Positions 7,788 through 13,765 of a stretch of 14,983 nt of DNA are shown here, piece by piece; position 1 is the stretch's first letter, and each line of letters starts with the position of its first letter. This DNA comes from a virus (Duplodnaviria; Heunggongvirae; Uroviricota; Caudoviricetes). The notes below the pieces were generated by a model that saw nothing but the letters and a program-made list of their open reading frames with translations, searched no databases and was not told the DNA's origin. The position numbers and the translations under genes were made by a program. The stretch lies in IMG/VR virus record IMGVR_UViG_2529292981_000041; one strand, given 5' to 3'.

Positions 7788-8060
7788 TTATCTGTCCTGG
7801 TAATTTCGCCATATTTCATCACCAGCACCATCCATACCCATTTCGGCATAAGTGCGATCGACCGCCTTTTTCAGGTCTCCGTAATTATCCGGCGGCTCCG
7901 GTGGCCTCTGTGCCTTCCTGGAACATTCCAGCCGTCGCATCGTGATGTGATGCCGTTCCTTGTCTGTCTCCACCAGTTGCATGACTTCACCCCATCGCGC
8001 CGACGCTCTCCGGTAAAAGCCTTTCGCCTCCAGTTCTTCCGCTATGCGGTCATGTACCAT
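7788..8060 (-). CDS. Small regulator, PerC/Pch-like (putative transcriptional activator)
   Basis: ATG at 8058-8060 with a GGGGA SD; 90 aa, MVHDRIAEELEAKGFYRRASARWGEVMQ... The N-terminal AEELE-KG-x-RRA-x-RW pattern matches my recollection of PerC-family proteins. Unverified. Confidence 0.5.
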   Translation of the reverse strand: MVHDRIAEELEAKGFYRRASARWGEVMQLVETDKERHHITMRRLECSRKAQRPPEPPDNYGDLKKAVDRTYAEMGMDGAGDEIWRNYQDR

Positions 8061-8072
8061 CGTCCCCACCCC

Positions 8073-8483
8073 TCAGAACGGAATATCATCACCGTAAGGG
8101 TCATCGCCTTCCGCTGGTGGCTGATTACCCTGTGTGCCTGTGGTCTTGCGTCTGTTCCCGCCAGGACGTGCCGCACGGGCACTGATTACGCTGTCTGCAA
8201 TAACCTGATACCCCCGCCGCGTTTCCCCGTTCTGTCCGGTTCACTGGCTTACCTGCATCGTGCCGGATACGCTGGCAACATCGCCTTTTTGATGTTTAGC
8301 CAGGAAATCGGCCTGTTTGCCAAATGCGATAACCGATAACCATAACGTCGCCTGTCCGTCATGTGCCTGGCTGCATGGCAGCGATACCGCCATACGCGCC
8401 AGCGTCATCGGTGTTCCCTTGCTGGTCTGTTTTACCTGCGGGTCGTCCACCAGCCGCCCGTAAGCCGCTATCTGTGCTGTCAT
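8073..8483 (-). pseudogene. ssb: SSB-like gene interrupted by an in-frame TGA (8241-8243) at the position of the conserved Trp
   Basis: N-terminal ORF 8241-8483 (MTAQIAAYGRLVDDPQVKQ...TLWLSVIAFGK...) has OB-fold SSB character. The same frame continues for 55 codons after the TGA and ends with the SSB tail signature ...PPAEGDDPYGDDIPF*. The TGA aligns with E. coli SSB Trp88 (RTRKWTDQ against VSQ*TGQ). Confidence 0.6.
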
Positions 8484-8731
8484 GCTGTCTGCTCTCCGGT
8501 TTTAACGTTGATGGTTGTTACCTGTTCCGCTTCGGCAATCTCCCGTTCTGTCAACGTGGCAAAGTTTGCCGCTGCTGTGGTCATGAATGCGCTTATCAGG
8601 TCGGGATGTTCCTTCGCGTATCCTTCCCCTACATGTCGGTCTATCGTTCTGATTGCCACCTTTAAGGCCAGCTCTGTTATATCTAACGCTTTATATTTCG
8701 GCTCTGTTCTGTCTCTGCGTGTTCTGGTCAT
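8480..8731 (-). CDS. Hypothetical protein (83 aa), translationally coupled to ssb
   Basis: ATG at 8729-8731 preceded by AGGTGG; ATGA overlap with the ssb start; MTRTRRDRTEPKYKALDITELALKVAIRTIDRH... Confidence 0.55.
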   Translation of the reverse strand: MTRTRRDRTEPKYKALDITELALKVAIRTIDRHVGEGYAKEHPDLISAFMTTAAANFATLTEREIAEAEQVTTINVKTGEQTA

Positions 8732-8764
8732 TTGCCACCTCAATTTATATATATATAGAAACAT

Positions 8765-9082
8765 GTGCGGGTTATGCGGGTTATTGGGTTATCTTAGCGT
8801 GCTAACCATTTTTTATCCTTTTATATCAGCATGTTGCAAAACGCCCTGTTTATTATTTGCTCACCACATAACCCGCAAAACGCTCAAAATAACCCGCAAA
8901 CGGGGTTTTTTCTGCGGGTTACGCATGACTGTCCGGTGTTACTTCAGTTATTCGCCTGCGGGTTATAATCGTGCTTTTGCGGGTTATAAATGCCCTTTTG
9001 CGGGTTACGTGCGGGTTATTGATTTCCTTTATATTCATGCACTTAATACACTTATACACAGGATAACCCGCATAACCCGCAA
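8765..9082. repeat. Iteron-type replication origin: at least 11 copies of the 9-mer GCGGGTTAT / ATAACCCGC, AT-rich tracts and a DnaA-box match
   Basis: Copies at 8767, 8776, (8785 degenerate), 8868, 8889, 8914, 8958, 8979, 9000, 9011, 9063 and 9072, in both orientations; three are spaced exactly 21 bp. (TA)6 at 8746-8757; TTATACACA at 9052-9060. Sits immediately downstream of the replication gene. Confidence 0.7.
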
Positions 9083-9103
9083 TTTTTTTCCTCACACAGG
9101 GGA

Positions 9104-11236
9104 TTAATCTTCATCATCAGGCTGGAACATCAGCACGTAAAAAACATGCTGCTTACCCCCAATCTTGCCCAGCGCCTTTTTTTTGTATCGGCGATCGCTT
9201 CCCTTCTCCAGCATTCCGGCAGCATCCAGGGCACGCGCAAAATGCGCCGGATTAAATCCCTTCGCTATCTCACTCTCAAACACGTGCGGGAACGTGTAAT
9301 AGCGCATCTCGTCATCTTCGTTGCGAATGCTCCCTTTTCTGTATCCGGCAAGCTCTTTAATCGGTAAATCACGCTCATCTGTATTGGGGTACGGAAGGTA
9401 GCGGCTAAACCCAAACGACGACAAAAACGCCTCAGCCTGTTCAACCATCTGTTTAAATTCCCTGTTACCTGTGCCGAACTCCTTCACCCAGGCATTAAAG
9501 TTATGCTGTATCGCGTCGCGGCATTCCTGCACGACCCAGCCAGTTACATGACCGGAAAGCACAAGCGCGGCCTCCAGTATGGCGAAACGTTCACCCACGC
9601 GGTGGACCTGCTCGCCGTAACTCTCCGGTATCAGGTTGCGCCACCGTTCGCGGCATTCCCTTACCGTGTCCTTTGCCTCCTGCTGGTGGCCTGCCAGCCA
9701 TTTAACCCACTCACGACCCGCCGCCCCGTGATTTGCTGTCCAGGCATCCTTTAACGCGTCAGCATGTTCCTTACCGTTGCTGTATTCGTGAAATTTCGTG
9801 GCTTTTTCCATCGGAACGTTAAGCAGTCGGACAAGCTGCCCCGCCTTAACTTTTATCCCCTCACTTTTGAGGAATGTCTCAACGTCCATTTCTCCGGTGC
9901 TGATTGCCACCGTTCGCCAGTGTTTGATCTCCCTGTTGCCGCCATCCTTCGCCCCCTGCAATTTCCCTGAACCGTTAAACAGCGTATAAGCAGACGTTGA
10001 CACTTCCCGCGCATTTCCGGCCTGGCCTATCTCATCCAGTGGTAAAAGCCCGTCATTATGGGCCTCGGCCTCATTGGCAATACCTAACGCCGTGCCGTAC
10101 CAGGTCAGCCGCTGCGCGTCCGGCTCTCCCCATAAACTTGATGCGATGTTCTGCGTGGTGGTCTTACCTGCCGATGACTGTTCGAAAAGATGCACCCCGA
10201 AGCCGTCAGCACCCACAAGGCCAATTAAAGGCGCTGCCAGTGACGTTGCCACACCCAGTATCATTGAGGCATTACCGCCAGCCAGCCGCGCCACGCTGTC
10301 GCGCCAGCCATCCGCCGTGCCCGCCACGGAATAACCGTTAATCGCGGCGCTTTTTCCGGTAAACAGGATCGGTTTTTCAGATTCACCAATGATCGAACCG
10401 TCCGGCATGATGTACGCGCCAAAATGCCAGCCCGTTGTTGTGCTTAACTGCCATTCCTCATGGCTTCCGCTTAACTGCATCCAGTCCGCCAGGATTGCCC
10501 TGTATTTGCCGTTGGTTGTCACGTTCAGCCCGTGATCTTTAAGTAACCGCCAGCCGTCACGGTCGCCGATACCACCACACGGGATCGCCATTGTGATGAC
10601 TTTATGGTTTGCGGTTTTTTTCCAGCGCATCACGCGGTAATGCTCTTTACCGATCGTCCCCGTTCCCAGTAGTTCAAGCGGAGAACATAACCACGTCTCA
10701 GGCCGGATAATTTCGCCTGACTGCTTATCCACTTTGGGCGTTACCCAGAAAACACCATCGGCGCGACTTTCAACGCGTGGCTTTAATTCGTCATCGCTAT
10801 GGCTTCCGGTATCTTTTTTCTTTACCGGAAACTCAATAACCAGACCATCAGAAAGATTCTGCCGCTCACGGGCCAGATATTCGCGCCAGTTCTCCACCTT
10901 CTGACCGTGCATTCCTTCGGGGTAAAAATTTGCGTCCTGAATATCTGCCGCCGCCAGCTTCTGACCAATCTTTTTGGTCTCCACCAAATCCAGTTCTCCG
11001 GCCTGGTACAGCCTTACGCGTTTTTTTCCATCCGGAACAATTTTCAGCGCATCAAGTTCGGCAAGCTGATTTGGCCCAAGCCACACAGGCGGAACATTAT
11101 CGCCGGATGCGGGGCCATCCTGCTCCTGCCATTGTTTCGCGTGCGACCAGGCATCACTACCCGCGAAAATAATTACCTCTGTGTCTTTGTGTTTTATTCC
11201 GCGTGGCTGTTTTTTTACGTTCGGTGCCAGTTTCAT
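9104..11236 (-). CDS. Replication initiator, primase/helicase-like P-loop protein (DUF927-like ATPase)
   Basis: 710-aa ORF with Walker-A-like HLFEQSSAGKTTTQN, adjacent to the iteron origin, analogous to P4 alpha or PICI Pri-Rep proteins. ATGA overlap with the upstream gene. Domain assignment is from memory. Confidence 0.75.
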   Translation of the reverse strand: MKLAPNVKKQPRGIKHKDTEVIIFAGSDAWSHAKQWQEQDGPASGDNVPPVWLGPNQLAELDALKIVPDGKKRVRLYQAGELDLVETKKIGQKLAAADIQDANFYPEGMHGQKVENWREYLARERQNLSDGLVIEFPVKKKDTGSHSDDELKPRVESRADGVFWVTPKVDKQSGEIIRPETWLCSPLELLGTGTIGKEHYRVMRWKKTANHKVITMAIPCGGIGDRDGWRLLKDHGLNVTTNGKYRAILADWMQLSGSHEEWQLSTTTGWHFGAYIMPDGSIIGESEKPILFTGKSAAINGYSVAGTADGWRDSVARLAGGNASMILGVATSLAAPLIGLVGADGFGVHLFEQSSAGKTTTQNIASSLWGEPDAQRLTWYGTALGIANEAEAHNDGLLPLDEIGQAGNAREVSTSAYTLFNGSGKLQGAKDGGNREIKHWRTVAISTGEMDVETFLKSEGIKVKAGQLVRLLNVPMEKATKFHEYSNGKEHADALKDAWTANHGAAGREWVKWLAGHQQEAKDTVRECRERWRNLIPESYGEQVHRVGERFAILEAALVLSGHVTGWVVQECRDAIQHNFNAWVKEFGTGNREFKQMVEQAEAFLSSFGFSRYLPYPNTDERDLPIKELAGYRKGSIRNEDDEMRYYTFPHVFESEIAKGFNPAHFARALDAAGMLEKGSDRRYKKKALGKIGGKQHVFYVLMFQPDDED

Positions 11237-11532
11237 TTCTTACCCCTGAATACGTTAAGCATCTTTTTTATTTCCTGAATATTGGCGCGTGCTTTCTCCC
11301 TGCTGGTTGGTTTACTGCGGGGCGCTGCCTGTACCAGAGAAAAATCACGATCGAACTGATAAACAGGCATAACGCAGTCATATTCGTAGCCTTCACGGCG
11401 GTAAGTGATGCGGCGTTCTCTCACGCTGATAATCGTCACGATGCCGCCGTACTGGTCGCGGTAAATATCCCCGCGCATGAATTTAGTGCGAGTTTTGCCG
11501 CTGTCAGTTAAGCCAGGATATTTAAGTTTCAT
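11233..11532 (-). CDS. Hypothetical protein (99 aa)
   Basis: ATG at 11530-11532; stop overlaps the primase start (ATGA); MKLKYPGLTDSGKTRTKFMRGDIYRDQYGG... Confidence 0.6.
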   Translation of the reverse strand: MKLKYPGLTDSGKTRTKFMRGDIYRDQYGGIVTIISVRERRITYRREGYEYDCVMPVYQFDRDFSLVQAAPRSKPTSREKARANIQEIKKMLNVFRGKK

Positions 11533-11537
11533 TATTT

Positions 11538-11798
11538 TTATTCCCCGATAGCGTGACCTGATAAGCCGTTAATCTTCTCTGATATGCTCTCTATTTTGCT
11601 GGTTGAACTATCCAGTAATTCAGAAACGGCTAATATTAATCTTGCAGTTGATTCATCGCGTTCATTATTCACCAGCGACTGAAGCCACATATTCATTACT
11701 TCGTTTGCTGCGTTGTTTAAAGATATTGCGCTGTTGGCAAGGCTTCTTAATTCACTGGTCGCCAGTTTATTATTTTTCATAGCGTTCGGCTCTCTCAT
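11538..11798 (-). CDS. Hypothetical small helical protein, AT-rich gene (start ATG 11798 or 11780)
   Basis: ORF ...MKNNKLATSELRSLANSAISLNNAANEVMNMWLQSL...; GC content visibly lower than flanking genes. Confidence 0.45.
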   Translation of the reverse strand: MREPNAMKNNKLATSELRSLANSAISLNNAANEVMNMWLQSLVNNERDESTARLILAVSELLDSSTSKIESISEKINGLSGHAIGE

Positions 11799-11961
11799 CA
11801 ATTAACCACAGCGCAACACTTCCTGACAGTTTTGCCAGAAGGCCAGCTAATGCGGATATATCACCATCATTTAATTTATCAGGGTATACCTCAAGAAGGC
11901 GGCAAATAATTTCTGTCTGGTGCGCACGTTCAGCGGCTTCGTGTAATGTAATTTCCTTCAT
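11770..11961 (-). CDS. Hypothetical protein (63 aa)
   Basis: ATG at 11959-11961 with a strong AGAGGTG SD; TAATG stop/start junction with the upstream gene; MKEITLHEAAERAHQTEIICRLLEVYPDKL... Confidence 0.5.
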   Translation of the reverse strand: MKEITLHEAAERAHQTEIICRLLEVYPDKLNDGDISALAGLLAKLSGSVALWLIDERAERYEK

Positions 11962-12146
11962 TAATGCACCTCTTTTAATTCATACACTGCTGAAATAATG
12001 ACTTGTGATAAGCCATATTCTGATGATTCGCTTCTCACCGCAGCAATAGCCGTCTGAACATTAACAGCCTTCACATTCTGAGCGATACCAATTGTGTGGC
12101 CTAGTGGGTTAACAGCGCTGGCAAATACACGGAAGGTTTTAAGCAT
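11961..12146 (-). CDS. Hypothetical protein (61 aa from ATG at 12146)
   Basis: ATG preceded by GGGGG; MLKTFRVFASAVNPLGHTIGIAQNVKAVNVQ...; AT-rich. Confidence 0.5.
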   Translation of the reverse strand: MLKTFRVFASAVNPLGHTIGIAQNVKAVNVQTAIAAVRSESSEYGLSQVIISAVYELKEVH

Positions 12147-12411
12147 GGCACACCCCCTGACGAATACGGGCGGCAAATACAGCAACACAACCTGACGGGC
12201 AACGGCTACGCGCTTCGCGTTCCGTCCAGGCGGTTACGTGGATGATTTGAGATTCTCCGGCACTCAGTGCCAGAAAACGCCACACAAAGGCCGTTTGTGT
12301 GTGTACAAGGTGTGGTATATGATTTACAGCAACCATAACGGCTCCTAGTTTACGTTGTTGGTTAGAAGCCCTGCGAGTGGTAACGACACTTGCGGGGCTT
12401 TGTCTTTTCAT
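12139..12411 (-). CDS. Possible first ORF of the leftward early operon (90 aa); could instead be an untranslated leader
   Basis: ATG at 12409-12411 with AAGGT SD, about 23 nt downstream of the predicted transcription start. Ala/Val/Arg-rich composition is not convincing. Confidence 0.3.
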   Translation of the reverse strand: MKRQSPASVVTTRRASNQQRKLGAVMVAVNHIPHLVHTQTAFVWRFLALSAGESQIIHVTAWTEREARSRCPSGCVAVFAARIRQGVCHA

Positions 12412-12428
12412 CGATTACCTTGATAAAG

Positions 12429-12509
12429 GTGTCAGCCACTATATTAGTAACGGGTGTCAGCCACGTCAATAGTGTTTTTCCGTTTTCTTGTGTGTATACT
12501 GTCAGCCAC
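12429..12509. promoter_or_regulatory. Three direct operator-like repeats (G/C)TGTCAGCCAC at 12429-12439, 12454-12464 and 12499-12509
   Basis: The 10-mer TGTCAGCCAC is exact in all three (copies 1 and 2 share the full 11-mer GTGTCAGCCAC). Copies 1 and 2 overlap the leftward promoter (transcription start and -35); copy 3 overlaps the -10 (TATACT, 12495-12500) of the rightward RHH gene. Confidence 0.5.
12441..12469 (-). promoter_or_regulatory. Near-consensus sigma70 promoter driving the leftward early/replication operon
   Basis: Minus strand: TTGACG (plus 12464-12469), 17-nt spacer, TAATAT (plus 12441-12446). Confidence 0.5.
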
Positions 12510-12530
12510 CTAATAACGAGGAAATCAGAT

Positions 12531-12710
12531 ATGGCAACAAAAGCAGTTAATGCAAAATCCAAAAAGCTTGAGGCTCGAGTACCACACGCAATAGCTGATG
12601 CTGTAGAAAATTTAAAGGAAGATGGCGAAAGTACAGGGCAATTTATCGTTTCGGCACTTGAAGGCGAGATCAAACGCCGCCAGCGCCGCAAGGCCAAAGA
12701 ATCAGAATAA
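12531..12710 (+). CDS. Ribbon-helix-helix-type DNA-binding protein, candidate repressor (59 aa)
   Basis: ATG at 12531 with GAGGA SD; MATKAVNAKSKKLEARVPHAIADAVENLKEDGESTGQFIVSALEGEIKRRQRRKAKESE has a strand-helix-helix arrangement typical of Arc/CopG-like proteins. Divergent from the main operon; followed by a plus-strand terminator. Confidence 0.5.
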   Translation: MATKAVNAKSKKLEARVPHAIADAVENLKEDGESTGQFIVSALEGEIKRRQRRKAKESE

Positions 12711-12767
12711 TCACTATCAGCGCCGTGGTGTGAGGTATTACGGCGCATTGCTATGCAGGACAACACA

Positions 12768-12941
12768 ATGACCGATAAAGAATTGACCAAAACATTATCA
12801 CCGGCACGGAAAAGACGGCGCAGAAAGATAGAGCATGAATCAGAAAGATTCGCACCATGTGCTTTTGCCCTTGAGCAATTCCTTAAAGAGTACAGGGAAA
12901 AGCGCTCATTGCAGGTATGGCAACGAACTGAACCAGACTGA
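12768..12941 (+). CDS. Hypothetical small basic protein (57 aa), second gene of the rightward unit
   Basis: ATG at 12768 with AGGA 8 nt upstream; MTDKELTKTLSPARKRRRRKIEHESERF...; the terminator lies about 95 nt downstream. Confidence 0.35.
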   Translation: MTDKELTKTLSPARKRRRRKIEHESERFAPCAFALEQFLKEYREKRSLQVWQRTEPD

Positions 12942-13036
12942 TTGCATTGCCCACCAGCCTGATAGCGGCTATCATCCCCGTGCTTATGTTTGGGATCACA
13001 CACACAAACGGCGCAGCGGGTTATCTGTTCAGAAAG

Positions 13037-13064
13037 GCGGCTCCATTTCGGGGCCGCTTTTTTT
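13037..13064 (+). terminator. Rho-independent terminator of the rightward regulatory unit
   Basis: gcggctcc-atttc-ggggccgc (8-bp stem including one G-U pair) followed by seven T. Confidence 0.55.
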
Positions 13065-13210
13065 ATACCTGAAAAACCCCAATTTTGTTGTTTTTCAGTT
13101 TCACCAGGGCGAACGAATCCCCGCCCACGTTCTGGCGTATATTCAATCTTCATGGTTATAGCTCTGTGTTCAGATGATTGATGTGTGGCGGCTGCGTGCC
13201 GCCAGCGTGA

Positions 13211-13399
13211 TTAATGAACTGCCTTGCAGCTATCCTTCCAGGCCAGAACCTCGGATAAAGACCAGCCAACGGAACGACCGCCAAGTTTACGACGTGATGG
13301 GAATTGTCCGGCCTTTTCCAGGCGGTAGCGACACGTACGGCTAAGGCCGGTTAGTTTTTCGCATTCTTTTTCACGTATAAACCGATCAGTGCTTAACAC
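13211..13399 (-). CDS. alpA: AlpA-family regulator / excisionase-like protein (GTG start)
   Basis: 62 aa; CEKLTGLSRTCRYRLEKAGQFPSRRKLGGRSVGWSLSEVLAW matches the AlpA/Xis helix-turn-helix pattern (TGLSRSTIYR...FP..I.LG.RSV.W...EV..W). GTG at 13397-13399 preceded by a strong AGGGGGG SD. Confidence 0.8.
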   Translation of the reverse strand: MLSTDRFIREKECEKLTGLSRTCRYRLEKAGQFPSRRKLGGRSVGWSLSEVLAWKDSCKAVH

Positions 13400-13683
13400 T
13401 ATTGCCCCCCCTTTCGTTTCTTAAAGAGTCATCAGGTGTCTTATTGTGTCGTATTGTTCCCGCTAGAGTGATGAATGGCAAATATTGAGGATGTATGATT
13501 TACAGAAAATGAAACAGTAAGAATAAAATCTTTTAAATTCATGTTAATACAAAGGCATAAAATATTGTTTCATGCCTTTTTTCTCGCTCTTTAAAGAGTG
13601 ATTCGCTAGTGTATAAAAAACCAGTGACACATTAAAAATCAGCCACTTATAAATCTGTATGCTTTTTCGCCTCTTGTTCGTGG

Positions 13684-13723
13684 TTGTTCCACATTGTTGC
13701 TCATTGTTGCACGTTGTATCTGT
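13684..13723 (+). promoter_or_regulatory. Four tandem 10-bp TTGT-type repeats (ttgttccaca ttgttgctca ttgttgcacg ttgtatctgt) next to a 16-bp perfect palindrome
   Basis: Same repeat family as 247-276 and 7711-7740. Perfect palindrome cagtatgcgcatactg at 13733-13748; a plus-strand TTGCAC, 16 nt, TATACA promoter-like arrangement overlaps. Confidence 0.35.
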
Positions 13724-13765
13724 TCGCATATACAGTATGCGCATACTGAAAAAACACGAAAAAAA

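Noticed and set aside
8241-8243. TGA in ssb as a selenocysteine codon
   Set aside because: No convincing SECIS-like hairpin immediately downstream, and the aligned residue in SSBs is Trp, not Cys. Nonsense mutation or leaky opal readthrough is more parsimonious.
8765-9082. Possible CRISPR array
   Set aside because: Repeat unit is only 9 bp, occurs in both orientations, and has irregular spacing without unique spacers of uniform length. This is an iteron origin.
8361-9107. 248-aa plus-strand ORF
   Set aside because: It is the translation of the iteron and AT-rich origin region and the antisense of real genes; Cys-rich and repetitive. Not a gene.
9997-10341. Plus-strand ORFs inside the replication gene (and similar antisense ORFs at 1486-1674, 2175-2465, 3291-3704, 4008-4256, 5412-5612)
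   Set aside because: All are embedded antisense in long, well-supported minus-strand genes and have Pro/Arg/Ser/Cys-rich compositions typical of wrong-frame translation.
12362-13153. 263-aa minus-strand ORF
   Set aside because: It runs straight through the divergent promoter, operators and a plus-strand terminator, is Cys/Ser/Arg-rich, and is antisense to better-supported small plus-strand genes with proper ribosome-binding sites. Most likely a chance open frame.
13544-13744. 66-aa minus-strand ORF between int and alpA
   Set aside because: AT-rich, low-complexity translation that starts inside a palindrome with no SD. Likely non-coding regulatory DNA.
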